Below, one piece after another: positions 10,274-19,599 of a DNA stretch of 64,000 nt; within the stretch, counting starts at the first letter, position 1, and the number at the start of each line of letters is the position of its first letter. The stretch lies in the IMG/VR virus record IMGVR_UViG_2643221865_000003. One strand, written 5' to 3'. The notes under the pieces were generated by a model that worked only from the letters and a program-made list of their open reading frames with translations, did no database searches and had not been told where the DNA came from. This DNA comes from an uncultured virus (IMG/VR IMGVR_UViG_2643221865_000003) (taxonomy: Duplodnaviria > Heunggongvirae > Uroviricota > Caudoviricetes). The position numbers were made by a program, and so were the translations under genes.

Positions 10274-10636
10274 TCATGGCTCCTGGTACTGCGCCGCCAG
10301 GTCGGTGATGAAGCTGTCCCGCGGCATCTGCAGCTGCCTCCGGGTGGTGTTCCCGTTGTTGCTGACGACGAACACCTCCAACCCGAGGGCCACGAAAGCC
10401 ATCCGATACTGACTGACGGTCCGGATTGGAAGACCGCTCTGCTCCGCGAGTTCGGCAACGGTCAGGTCGGTGCGCCCGAACTGGTCAGCGCCGCCAGCTT
10501 CGGCTTCCGCGACGCGACGTCCAAGTTCCAGGTCGAGCTCGTGAAGATCTGCGACAGCGGAGACGTCGGGCCGGCCTGTGGCGGCGACACAGGCTTGAAG
10601 CCAATCCTCAGCGGTGGTGAACCGCGCCAAGGGCAT
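10274..10636 (-). CDS. Putative HTH protein
   Basis: [20 protein letters not shown]; apparent leaderless start. Confidence 0.55.
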   Translation of the reverse strand: MPLARFTTAEDWLQACVAATGRPDVSAVADLHELDLELGRRVAEAEAGGADQFGRTDLTVAELAEQSGLPIRTVSQYRMAFVALGLEVFVVSNNGNTTRRQLQMPRDSFITDLAAQYQEP

Positions 10637-10697
10637 ACCCAGAGTATGGACCGATCGCACGTGCGCCGCCAGTGACCTGGTCAGCCGTCCGGCGAGG

Positions 10698-10832
10698 TCA
10701 GTTCCCGGTGGCGTGCTCGCATCGGTGAGGGTCGCCGAACACGAGCGCTTCCTCGCAGGTCCGGCATGGGTTCGCGGACCGGCAGCAGCCGCAGTCCGGT
10801 GAACCCTCCAACAGCCGGCGCCACCACTTCAT
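10698..10832 (-). CDS. 44-aa Cys-rich peptide (not in ORF track)
   Basis: [26 protein letters not shown]..; TGATG-coupled to the upstream 20-aa ORF. Confidence 0.4.
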   Translation of the reverse strand: MKWWRRLLEGSPDCGCCRSANPCRTCEEALVFGDPHRCEHATGN

Positions 10833-10894
10833 CAACTCAGCTCACCGCCATCGCTGGCACAGCCGTCCGGGGCTTCGAATGCAGGGTGGGGCAT
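10832..10894 (-). CDS. 20-aa leader-like ORF
   Basis: SD GAGGAG 5 nt before ATG; stop overlaps the next ATG. Confidence 0.3.
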   Translation of the reverse strand: MPHPAFEAPDGCASDGGELS

Positions 10895-11106
10895 GTCAAC
10901 TCCTCACTGAGTTGGTCCGCCCGCCGAGCGGGGCGGCCGCGGGTCTGAGGTGAACGTATCGACGGGCAACTGCGCCGGGAGAGCCCCGCTTGAGGGGACA
11001 GCGCCCAGCAAACAACTGGGAGTTGCGGTGAGGCGGTGGCCCCAGAACGCCCACAGTCACCCCTCTAGGTCTCAGCGCGACGGCGGCGGCCCGAAATCCC
11101 GGGGCG

Positions 11107-11115
11107 CCGCACATG
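11107..11115 (+). promoter_or_regulatory. Motif A
   Basis: GAAA-N10-CCGCACATG-AAGGT. Confidence 0.7.
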
Positions 11116-11184
11116 AAGGTGGCGACACCAAACCGTGACGTCGGGCGAAGGCCTGACGATCACGGCAACTGGAAGGATGACGCC

Positions 11185-11895
11185 ATGACCGCCGAGCAGC
11201 CACCCACAGTCCGCACGCCGCTGTACCGCCGCACGGTGTTCTGGCTGGTGATGGTGATCGCCGTCCTGGTCATCGCCCTCGCAGTCACGGCCGGTGTCGC
11301 CTTCCGGAGCCCCGGAGACACGGCGCCGACCGCCGGGACCCCTGCCGCTTCCGACCCGCCTGCATCCACGGCAGAGCCGACACAGGAACCGACTGACCCT
11401 CCAGCCACGAGCACACCGTCCCCGACTACCCGTGCGGTCGCGATCCCCGGCGACTGCCGGAACATCTACACGAAGGACTGGACGCCGGAGATGCACGGCG
11501 AGGTCCTGAACCCGGCATGGTCGCTGGAAGAACAGAACGCCAACACCGGCCGCGCCCACGACGAACAATTCGCCACCCTGCTTGATGCAACATCGGAGAT
11601 CACCTGTGCATGGCATGGACCTTACGGCGGAAACGACATGATGCTGCGAACCGACATCGCTCGTCTCACCGCGGAACAGTTCGACGGTGCTGTCGTGCAC
11701 GCCCAGGATCTCGGCTGGAACTGCTACGAAGAGCTCGGAGGCACCCGATGCGTCACCGAAACCGCCATGACAGCTGACGGGAACAACGGGTACTCATACT
11801 TCTTCCGGGACGGAATCTGGATCTCCACCAGATGGACAAACCTGCAACCTGACGGGTACACACACGACATCGTGAAGGCGCTGTTCGGAAACTGA
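11185..11895 (+). CDS. Membrane-anchored extracellular protein
   Basis: SD GAAGGA; TM helix, Pro/Thr linker, 4-Cys domain. Confidence 0.75.
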   Translation: MTAEQPPTVRTPLYRRTVFWLVMVIAVLVIALAVTAGVAFRSPGDTAPTAGTPAASDPPASTAEPTQEPTDPPATSTPSPTTRAVAIPGDCRNIYTKDWTPEMHGEVLNPAWSLEEQNANTGRAHDEQFATLLDATSEITCAWHGPYGGNDMMLRTDIARLTAEQFDGAVVHAQDLGWNCYEELGGTRCVTETAMTADGNNGYSYFFRDGIWISTRWTNLQPDGYTHDIVKALFGN

Positions 11896-11978
11896 TCAGA
11901 TGCCTACGGCGACATGATCCTCGCACCGGATCTGAACATCCGTCTCCGCCAGAAACCGGCAGGAGTATTCTCGGTGGC

Positions 11979-12506
11979 GTGACAGACGGTGAACAACCGA
12001 AATCCTTCTGGCTCCGTATCCCCTGGTGGGTGTGGGTCGGTGGGATAGTGGTCGTGTTCGTGATCGGTTCGATTACCAACGCGCTCAACGGGACGGCTGG
12101 GGCCGGCACCCCGACAGCCGCTGTGGCGACGTCGCCGACGCCGAGCCCAACGGTTGTGCCGGCGCAGTCACCGACGATAACGGAGTCAGCGACACCCCTG
12201 CCGTCTGCACCTGAACCGGCGCCCACAGCGGCGCCGCCGGCCGATCCGACGCAGACGACCACCGGTCTGACCGGTACCTTCGCGCAGTCAGCTTGCGACC
12301 AGGAGGGGCAACGCCTGTTCGAGTTCGGGTGGAACCCGGCGTTCATCTTCGGGCTGCTCGGGGAGAGCATCGACGGGGCGAACTACTTCATGAAGTTCAC
12401 CGCAGAGGTGACGAACGAGTCGAACGCCGAGCGGGAGGTGACGGTGGAGTGCACTGTTACCGGGACGAATGACGCACCGGTGATCGTGTCGTTCTTCGCC
12501 TACTGA
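11979..12506 (+). CDS. Membrane-anchored extracellular protein
   Basis: TM helix, PT linker, Cys pair; leaderless after TATTCT. Confidence 0.75.
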   Translation: MTDGEQPKSFWLRIPWWVWVGGIVVVFVIGSITNALNGTAGAGTPTAAVATSPTPSPTVVPAQSPTITESATPLPSAPEPAPTAAPPADPTQTTTGLTGTFAQSACDQEGQRLFEFGWNPAFIFGLLGESIDGANYFMKFTAEVTNESNAEREVTVECTVTGTNDAPVIVSFFAY

Positions 12507-12555
12507 CAATGTCGGGGCGCGGGTTGAGGTCAGGTGCAGGGGCAGGACAGGACAG

Positions 12556-13290
12556 CTAGATGACCGTGTCCGGGGCCAGGTCGTTCAGCTCTGCGAGCAG
12601 CTGCGCGTACGTCTTCGTGGCCATCTTCACTTGGTATGCGGGGCCAGGGAAGTCGTATCTCTGCCCGTAGGCGTGGACCGTCAGGACGCCTTCCGGCTGG
12701 CCTTCGGTGACGGATGCTTCCATCCGGTCGACCTTCCCGAGAGGGATCTGCGAAACGCTGATGTTGGGCCGCTTCGTTGCGTTGTCGGCGACGGCGTCCC
12801 ATTCGAGCCTGTCATCCCATAGTCGCACCTGCAGCTCCGGTTGGCCTCGGCGCTTCTTCTGCCACAAGAAACCGTGCAACATTTGGTGCCCGTCGGATCC
12901 GGTGACAGGCGTTGCGTTCTTCCACAGCAGAGCCGCCTCGAGAGGGCTGATCGGCTGAGGTGCGACCGCTTTCAGCAACGCCTGGTGCTCGGCGCTGGAG
13001 ACGGCGGCCAAGACCTTCCGTCCGTCACGGAACCGAACCTCGATCAGGGAGCCAGCTCTGTCCCGTGTTGAGAACACCACCCCAGCTGCAGCGCCGACAG
13101 GTCCCGCGACAAGGGCGCCGACAGCGGCTGAGCCCAGCGCTGAGTCGTACTGCTTGGACGTCGCGGTGTCGACAGTGTCAACGGCGACGACTGTGTACGC
13201 ATTCACCTGGACGATCCCGGTCGGCCCGGTGATTGCATACCGACCAAGGACGTAGTCGCCGGGTCGCATGTCCCCGCTCAGGATCTTCAC
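12556..13290 (-). CDS. Glycine-zipper hypothetical protein (paralog of 46152..46811)
   Basis: GALVAGPVGAAAG and EVRFRDGRK; SD GGAGG. Confidence 0.75.
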   Translation of the reverse strand: MKILSGDMRPGDYVLGRYAITGPTGIVQVNAYTVVAVDTVDTATSKQYDSALGSAAVGALVAGPVGAAAGVVFSTRDRAGSLIEVRFRDGRKVLAAVSSAEHQALLKAVAPQPISPLEAALLWKNATPVTGSDGHQMLHGFLWQKKRRGQPELQVRLWDDRLEWDAVADNATKRPNISVSQIPLGKVDRMEASVTEGQPEGVLTVHAYGQRYDFPGPAYQVKMATKTYAQLLAELNDLAPDTVI

Positions 13291-13356
13291 TGTCCGCTAC
13301 CTCCGTCGGCACGCTTGATGTTGTAGTGAGAGTATCGGCATCTGCGATCCCAGCTT

Positions 13357-13596
13357 CTAGGCGCGAACCCCGAACTCAGTCATGACCGTCTCGCCGTGCC
13401 CACGTTCGATGTACAGGGTGAGGATCGCTTTCGCTTCGTCGTCGTAGTTGATCGCTGCGTGCGCCTGCTCGAAGGTCAGGCCGTCGGCGGCGAGCATCCC
13501 GATGAGGTTGCTGGTGGCGGTTGTGGAGTAGGCGATCGGGGTTTTCCGTCCGGGGACGTGCCACTCGACAGCGCCGCGGCTCTTGCGGGCGCCCAT
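13357..13596 (-). CDS. Small hypothetical protein
   Basis: MGARKSRG start TGATG-coupled to the upstream gene. Confidence 0.65.
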   Translation of the reverse strand: MGARKSRGAVEWHVPGRKTPIAYSTTATSNLIGMLAADGLTFEQAHAAINYDDEAKAILTLYIERGHGETVMTEFGVRA

Positions 13597-14339
13597 CAGG
13601 CGTCCTGGCCGATGACTTCGTGTTCCAGCTTCGCGGGAACCATGATGAGGGTGTCGTCCTTGCCGCCGGTGGCGGTGGCCCCGTCTTCGAACGTCAGCAC
13701 GGTGTGGTCGGCGGTGATCGTGATCGACTCCGCCCGCCCGAGGACTGCACCGTCGAGGGTGGCGAACACCCGGCTGATGTGAGTACGGGACAGGGAGTGG
13801 AACGAGGTCGGCTTCACGTTGAAGAGGCGACGCTTCTTCCGGTGGGCGAGCGCGCTGGTGTCGCAGCGGTCGCAGGCGTTGTACGCCGGCATGTCCTCGA
13901 TGTCGGCGAGCGTCACCATGGTCGGGAGGAGCGGCTCGACCCATGACATCTGCAGGTTGGTGTTGAAGTGGGCGTCTGTGCGCCAGCGATCCTCGAACTG
14001 AGCCCACACTGCGGGGCGGTCGAGCTCCTTGCGCTGCGAAACGCAGTCGACGGAGTGGATGACTGCGGAGCTGTTGCTCTCGCCGGCGTGGATGTAGATG
14101 CGGCCGGCGGCGATGTTCTCGGCGATCTGGGCGGTGTCGGCTTCAGCGCGCTGCGAGATCCCATCCCAGTACGCCCGCGTCTCTGCGGTCTCCAGGGCGA
14201 ACGGGTCCTCCGGGACGGGCTGCACCTCGGTGAGCCCGGACTGGGCGCGGACGAGCCCCATCACCTGGATGAGGGAGTCGATGGTGGACGGGTCCAGCTC
14301 GGTGAGCTTGTTGGCGATGGTCGCGGTGTCGGCGTTCAT
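13596..14339 (-). CDS. Hypothetical protein with a possible HxxxC/CxxC metal site
   Basis: IHSVDC and ACDRCD; SD AAGGAAG. Confidence 0.7.
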   Translation of the reverse strand: MNADTATIANKLTELDPSTIDSLIQVMGLVRAQSGLTEVQPVPEDPFALETAETRAYWDGISQRAEADTAQIAENIAAGRIYIHAGESNSSAVIHSVDCVSQRKELDRPAVWAQFEDRWRTDAHFNTNLQMSWVEPLLPTMVTLADIEDMPAYNACDRCDTSALAHRKKRRLFNVKPTSFHSLSRTHISRVFATLDGAVLGRAESITITADHTVLTFEDGATATGGKDDTLIMVPAKLEHEVIGQDA

Positions 14340-14368
14340 GAACTTCCTTGCTTCTCGGTCATAGCTTT

Positions 14369-14377
14369 CATGCGCGG
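14369..14377 (-). promoter_or_regulatory. Motif A (divergent pair, left)
   Basis: AGAA-N10-CCGCGCATG. Confidence 0.7.
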
Positions 14378-14418
14378 AGCAGCGGGGTTCTGCACGGCTA
14401 CACAAAAACCTGCGAATA

Positions 14419-14427
14419 CCGCGCATG
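14419..14427 (+). promoter_or_regulatory. Motif A (divergent pair, right)
   Basis: AAAA-N10-CCGCGCATG-ATGGT. Confidence 0.7.
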
Positions 14428-14588
14428 ATGGTGTTGAGAGCCGCAGCGCCGGCTCCTCTCCGAGACGACCAGGCCCGCGCCGACGGTCGTTTACGAGGAC
14501 AAGGTCCTGAGTGGATTGCGCAGCAGCATCACCACGTCGACCGACTGCGGCGGGTGCGCGGGAACCCAGCCGAGATACGGATACGACC

Positions 14589-15407
14589 ATGGACAACGCC
14601 AACATCAAGAAGACCGCCCGCGCCTACGCCGCCGAGCACGGTGTCACCTACACTGCAGCACTCCGTGCTGTCTCCGCCGCCGACAGGGCCACATCTCCTG
14701 CCGACCGGTACTCGTTCAAGGCGTGGATCTCCGACAAGGCTTACGACCCGTTCATCGGCGACCTCGCCGAATGGGTGAACGCTGACCCGGAGTTCCCGAC
14801 CTCCCGCGACTACGCCACCGTGCACGCCTACTTCACGGCGAACGGTGACAGCGGCATCAGCCAGTTCCACGACGCCTGCGAGAAGTTCCGGTACTGGCTG
14901 GACACGCAGGGCACCGCAGTCGCTGCGCTGATCGCGCACGACTGGTGGAACCACGGCACCGGCCCCACCTGGTTCCAGAAGCTCCGCCTCGACCCGCAGT
15001 TCCCGGACACCGCCGACCACGACACCATCCTCGCGTTCGTGAAGGAGGCCGCCGCCGGCATCCCGGAACACCTCGACCGGTTCGAGCTGTTCTGGGAGTC
15101 CTGGTCGCAGAACACCACCACCCTGTCCGGGCTCCCCGGACGGTACACGATCTTCCCCGCCGACGACGCCGAACCCGGCGGGCCGTACATGCAGACCACC
15201 AGCCTTCCCGACGCCGGTGAGCGCGGGTACGTCCTCTACACGAGCCCGACCGACTTGGAATGGGCTGACCGGCACGTGGAGAGCGGCATCTGGTCGTTCC
15301 ACGAGACGCGCCCCGAGGTGCCGCCGATGTCGGCGGTGTTCGACGCGAGCCGGATCGACAACCCCGACTACGGTGAGATCGTGTTCTACATCGTGGATGC
15401 CGCATGA
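14589..15407 (+). CDS. Protein with tandem YozE/SAM-like domains
   Basis: F..W..GDLA..DPEFP..Y..V..Y and a second DPQFP repeat; N-terminal KKTARAYAAEHGVTYTAAL. Confidence 0.6.
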   Translation: MDNANIKKTARAYAAEHGVTYTAALRAVSAADRATSPADRYSFKAWISDKAYDPFIGDLAEWVNADPEFPTSRDYATVHAYFTANGDSGISQFHDACEKFRYWLDTQGTAVAALIAHDWWNHGTGPTWFQKLRLDPQFPDTADHDTILAFVKEAAAGIPEHLDRFELFWESWSQNTTTLSGLPGRYTIFPADDAEPGGPYMQTTSLPDAGERGYVLYTSPTDLEWADRHVESGIWSFHETRPEVPPMSAVFDASRIDNPDYGEIVFYIVDAA

Positions 15408-15856
15408 CCGAGCAGATCACGGCTCCCGCCCCGAGCCGTCACGTCACCCTCGTCAGCGTGATCGGGTACACCGTCCTGATCGGAGCCCTCACCGCAGCTG
15501 TTCTGTCGACGGTTCAAGTGATGGTGTCGTCGAGCAACCTGATGAACGGTTTCGCGAACTCGTTCATCGCTCTGCTGTACGCGGTCCCGGTCGGTCTGGT
15601 GACGGCGTTCGCCGCACTGATCACAGCTTTCTGCCTCCGCTCGGTGACGATCCGGCTGTCGAAGTCCCGGCTCGCTGGAAGCATCGCCGGCGCCGTTGGA
15701 GTGCTACTCATTGGTGTCGGCGTGACCCTGCTCTTCACCGTCGGCTACATGCTGCCGGTCGCCTGGATTGCTTTCGCGGGGACCGCGGTCGGAGCAACTG
15801 CGTTCTTCCTGTGGTCGCTCCGGTGCCTGGATAAGGTTGCTGCTCTGGCGGACTGA
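15404..15856 (+). CDS. 4-TM membrane protein
   Basis: Four hydrophobic helices; ATGA overlap. Confidence 0.7.
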   Translation: MTEQITAPAPSRHVTLVSVIGYTVLIGALTAAVLSTVQVMVSSSNLMNGFANSFIALLYAVPVGLVTAFAALITAFCLRSVTIRLSKSRLAGSIAGAVGVLLIGVGVTLLFTVGYMLPVAWIAFAGTAVGATAFFLWSLRCLDKVAALAD

Positions 15857-15890
15857 GAAGCTCCGGCTGGTGGCGCAGGAACCCTCGCTA

Positions 15891-15899
15891 CCGCGCATG
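15891..15899 (+). promoter_or_regulatory. Motif A
   Basis: GGAA-N9-CCGCGCATG-TTGGT. Confidence 0.7.
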
Positions 15900-15940
15900 T
15901 TGGTGGTGAAGAAGAAGTTCACCTCAGCCTTGGAGCATCA

Positions 15941-16276
15941 ATGCCCGCCAGAGTCCCCCGCACCGCCGCTATCGCTTTCGCAGCCGGAGCCGCCACAATC
16001 TTGGGTCTCTTCGTGGGCTGCGCCGTGATCAGCACCGTCGCCGACAACCTCGAAGCGGACCGGATGGCACCCATCGTCCGAGAGACCGCAGGTGAGGACT
16101 ACGGCATCGCCCGGACCGCCGCGGACGCACGCCAGCTGTGGACGGACTCCAACTTCATCGGGTCGCAGATCCGTGTCCACGGGAAGATCATGTGGGTCAG
16201 CGCCATCACCCTCGGCGCCGGCGACGAAGTCGCCCTCCTCGACGTCAACAACAAGGAACTCCCCCGCCGCCAGTAA
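15941..16276 (+). CDS. Small exported or membrane protein
   Basis: SD GGAG; N-terminal hydrophobic segment. Confidence 0.7.
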   Translation: MPARVPRTAAIAFAAGAATILGLFVGCAVISTVADNLEADRMAPIVRETAGEDYGIARTAADARQLWTDSNFIGSQIRVHGKIMWVSAITLGAGDEVALLDVNNKELPRRQ

Positions 16277-16322
16277 CGGGCCCCGATGGGATCGACCCCG
16301 GAAAGCTTGAGCGGCCCCGCCC

Positions 16323-16877
16323 TTGCTTGGCATTATGGTCCCCGAACGGCGGCCACCCACCTTGGTCAGCCGAAGCCGGGGGTTCACCTTGAAGGAGCGA
16401 TCTGTCGACGACCCGAAACGCACCTGGGATGAGTCGTTCCCGTTGTTCGTCGCGTGGGTTGCGGAGCATGGCCGGCTGCCGATGAAGACGGCGGAGCCCG
16501 GTGAGGAGCACCGCCACGCCACCTGGATGCAGTACCAACGTCGGCACCTGTCCCGCGGTACGTTGCTCCCCGATCATCAGGAGAAGCTCGACGAAGCCAC
16601 CCCGGGCTGGGAAGGACCTGCCGTGCCTGGCGTTCCGACCGCCGACCGGTATGAGCAGCTGTGGGGCGCCCGCCTTGATGAGCTGGCGACGTGGGTTGCG
16701 CAGCATGGCCGGTGGCCGAGCTCGTTGAGCAGCGACCCGGTCGAGGCGCATGCTGGCCGCTGGATCGGGGTGCAGCGCGGAGCGAAGGCAAGCACCGGCC
16801 GACGCTACAACGAGCGGTGCGTCCGACTGACCGCTGCGCTGCCCGGATGGGATGCGGAGAAGCTGAACCGGCGCTGA
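16323..16877 (+). CDS. Stand-alone HA-repeat protein (2 repeats)
   Basis: W..HGRLP..W.QYQR..LD..PGW pattern twice (PF03457-like); start uncertain. Confidence 0.75.
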   Translation: MLGIMVPERRPPTLVSRSRGFTLKERSVDDPKRTWDESFPLFVAWVAEHGRLPMKTAEPGEEHRHATWMQYQRRHLSRGTLLPDHQEKLDEATPGWEGPAVPGVPTADRYEQLWGARLDELATWVAQHGRWPSSLSSDPVEAHAGRWIGVQRGAKASTGRRYNERCVRLTAALPGWDAEKLNRR

Positions 16878-16898
16878 CCCAGCGTCCGGGCCCAGGCT

Positions 16899-17402
16899 TC
16901 AGAAGCAGGCTTCAGCCAACTCGATCGAGGTCGTCCCATGTTCGACGTATTCGGTCCCGCCGACGGTGTACCGGATCTGAACACTGGATGCCGTGCCACT
17001 CGTGTCGCCGGTCCGTTCGAGGACGAGGAGCAGGTTGCTGGTCGTGTCTTCCGGCAGCGTCGCCCCGGTCGCGTCCCGCCGCAGCGTCCACGCCTCCTCT
17101 GTCGGCGGGTACGCGGATGCTCCGATTCCTGACTGATCGATGATCGGCGCGATCGACGCTTCGGTCAGCTTCAGGTTGCTGGGGTCGACGAGGGTGACGT
17201 CGATCACTGTCGCTTCGACTCCGTCCGGAGCGGCGATGGTCTCCCCCACGACCATGCTGGTGTCCGGGACAGCGGGCACGCACACCTCGTTGTGCTCAGG
17301 GCCTTCGTATTCCAGTGGACCTGAGCCGGGGCTGGCGCTGCAGCCGGAGAGGGCGAGAAGGACGGCTGTGACAGCGGCCGCCTTTCCGCCAAGGTGAGTC
17401 AC
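16899..17402 (-). CDS. Lipoprotein
   Basis: Lipobox LSGC. Confidence 0.7.
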   Translation of the reverse strand: MTHLGGKAAAVTAVLLALSGCSASPGSGPLEYEGPEHNEVCVPAVPDTSMVVGETIAAPDGVEATVIDVTLVDPSNLKLTEASIAPIIDQSGIGASAYPPTEEAWTLRRDATGATLPEDTTSNLLLVLERTGDTSGTASSVQIRYTVGGTEYVEHGTTSIELAEACF

Positions 17403-17415
17403 TGCGGGCTCGCCG

Positions 17416-17613
17416 TCAGTTGTTCGTGACGTCGCCGTCGTCGTCCGCCAGGAGGAGCGTGATCTTGATCTCCTGCGCGCGGCGGTAGCTCTGCAGCGCC
17501 TGGGTGGCGACGAACATCAGGCGACCGAGGAGAACCAGCAGCGTGAGCGTCCCGAGCGTCAGCAGGACGAGGAACGCGATATACGGGATGGTGAACCAGT
17601 CGACGGTGTACAT
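17416..17613 (-). CDS. Small membrane protein
   Basis: TM helix; leaderless after TAGGTT. Confidence 0.7.
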   Translation of the reverse strand: MYTVDWFTIPYIAFLVLLTLGTLTLLVLLGRLMFVATQALQSYRRAQEIKITLLLADDDGDVTNN

Positions 17614-17636
17614 GCCCTGAACCTATGGGCATGGTG

Positions 17637-17975
17637 CTAGTCGCCGATGGCAACTCGCCGCGCCTGATTGCGCTTCACTCTGGGCCGCATGAACCACAGC
17701 ACGATGAGTGTGAGGACGCTCAAGGCGGCGGCGGCGAGCCCGTAGAACATGTGGATGCCGGCGAACGGGTCAGCTGAGTGGAACTGGTCGGATGTGCTGG
17801 CCGCGGTCATCGCCATCCACCCGAACAGCGGTGGGACAACGACAACAGCTGCGGCAGCCCACAGGTAGAACCATGGCCTGGACACGAACCGAGGATTCAA
17901 CACTCGGAGCACCGACCACAGGATCGCGAGGAAGACCGGCACGATCAGGGTTGGGATCAGCAGCAAGATGATCAT
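17637..17975 (-). CDS. 3-TM membrane protein
   Basis: SD GGAGG before MIILLLIP. Confidence 0.7.
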   Translation of the reverse strand: MIILLLIPTLIVPVFLAILWSVLRVLNPRFVSRPWFYLWAAAAVVVVPPLFGWMAMTAASTSDQFHSADPFAGIHMFYGLAAAALSVLTLIVLWFMRPRVKRNQARRVAIGD

Positions 17976-18016
17976 GGATGGCCCTCCCGCCGTTCCCGGA
18001 ATCGTATCGGGCGGAA

Positions 18017-18409
18017 CTAGAGCCCGTGCTCCCTGTTTCTCCTGGCGATCTCGTCGTGCCAGTACCGGTTGTTGTTGATCGACTCCCCACCGCGTGACGA
18101 ATGGTCGTAGGGGAATTGCTTCACGCGGGGGTGCTCGCTGAGCTCGATCACGTTCTTCGTGTTCGATTTCGCAGTCTGGGAGATCACCTCGTACGGCCCG
18201 TCCGGTGTCGGGTAGCCGCGCAGCTTCCAGGTGTCGCCTTCCACGTTCAGGTGGATGAAGGTGTCCTCCCGGATCCTGGGGATGTACACCAGGTAGAACT
18301 CCTTCCCTGCCATGGACGCAGTGGTTCCGCCCGGCGTCCGCCGTTTGGGTGCGCACGCATCGCAGCGGTCTTCCTCGAGCCCGTGAATGCATTCGGTCAT
18401 GTCCGCCAT
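18017..18409 (-). CDS. Hypothetical protein with N-terminal CxH..CxxC motif
   Basis: ECIHGLEEDRCDAC; start 18409 or 18400. Confidence 0.65.
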   Translation of the reverse strand: MADMTECIHGLEEDRCDACAPKRRTPGGTTASMAGKEFYLVYIPRIREDTFIHLNVEGDTWKLRGYPTPDGPYEVISQTAKSNTKNVIELSEHPRVKQFPYDHSSRGGESINNNRYWHDEIARRNREHGL

Positions 18410-18540
18410 AGTGCCACGATCTTCGGCGACGACGTCGGCCAACGACAGCCGAAGTTCGCAGCCAGCTTCCAGCCTCCGCGTCGGCGGTCGGGTCTAGGCT
18501 CCGATCACTGCTGTTCGACTTTCATCGAGGGGGCTGACCG

Positions 18541-19044
18541 TTGACAGATGCGCTGTATTTCACCATCACCGGAATGGACGCCGGAGGGCGCACCGTTCAG
18601 ATGTCTGCTCGTCCGTCGTCGGAGCCGCGCGGCATCATCCATGACGTATTCGAGTCGTTCGCTGCGCTGCACACCGAGACGGTGGCCATCCATGCGGTGA
18701 AGGCTGAGGACGGGTTCCCCGCCGCGGCCATCTTCGACGGCACCCATGTCGGGCTGCGGGCGTTCGACCAGGACCACCCCGGCGAATGGCTGCTGGTGGC
18801 GACGTTCGCGGAGCCGCCATTCTCCGACACCCCTGGCACATTCACCCCTGCTGGCGGGATCCTCTGGCAGGTAGTCACGCAGCTCGGCCGTCACGACGAG
18901 CAGGGGATCCTCCCCGATGTGTTCGACGGAGTTCGGGCCACTGCCAACCCCGCCCACCTGGTCGTGCCGCCACGGCTACACATCCCGGTCGCGGTCGATG
19001 ACGACGGGCAGCCCCTCGAAGGGGCCGGAGCGTCGATCGGCTGA
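18541..19044 (+). CDS. Hypothetical protein
   Basis: TTG start after GAGGGGG. Confidence 0.6.
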   Translation: MTDALYFTITGMDAGGRTVQMSARPSSEPRGIIHDVFESFAALHTETVAIHAVKAEDGFPAAAIFDGTHVGLRAFDQDHPGEWLLVATFAEPPFSDTPGTFTPAGGILWQVVTQLGRHDEQGILPDVFDGVRATANPAHLVVPPRLHIPVAVDDDGQPLEGAGASIG

Positions 19045-19079
19045 GCTGACGCCCAGCGACAGCGGGTAGCGTTGATCGG

Positions 19080-19571
19080 ATGGCCGACCCCGACATCCCC
19101 GACGCCCGACGCACCCGTGACGAGGCGATGGCCCGCCTGAACGACGTGTTCAGCCGACGCACCCGGCTGCTGTGGGTTCTGGTGTTCCGGAACCCTTTCG
19201 ACCCGGGAGAGCCGACGATCTCCGCGTCCACCGTCGGGCTAGGCGCGAACACGAAGTTCCGTGACGCCGCCCGGAAGAACACCGACGTCGACGTGGAGTT
19301 CTGGTTGCTTCTCGCCAGCCACCCGACAGCCCCGGAAGACGCCGCCGACACCGCCATCGAGTCAGTCGAGGATCCGGAAGCCGAATGGGTGCAGCTCCGC
19401 ACCCGACGTGCCGGGAAGACCGGGTACCGGGACACGGAGCAGTGGAAGCTGCTCACGACGTTGGAAGCCCGCGGCGATGACGGGGCCGACCCGGAGGCGA
19501 CTGGCCGTGACCGGTTCCGTCAGCTGGTGGCCAGCCTCACGCCGAGGACCCGGAACCGCCGGCCGTGGTGA
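19080..19571 (+). CDS. Hypothetical protein, DVDVEFWL family (paralog of 25032..25649)
   Basis: Shared blocks; leaderless after TAGCGT. Confidence 0.7.
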   Translation: MADPDIPDARRTRDEAMARLNDVFSRRTRLLWVLVFRNPFDPGEPTISASTVGLGANTKFRDAARKNTDVDVEFWLLLASHPTAPEDAADTAIESVEDPEAEWVQLRTRRAGKTGYRDTEQWKLLTTLEARGDDGADPEATGRDRFRQLVASLTPRTRNRRPW

Positions 19572-19599
19572 CGCGGTCCTTCTGACTGGGCCGGGATGG

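Noticed and set aside
10860..11100. tRNA or known ncRNA
   Set aside because: Contains TTCGAA and hairpins but I could not build a cloverleaf
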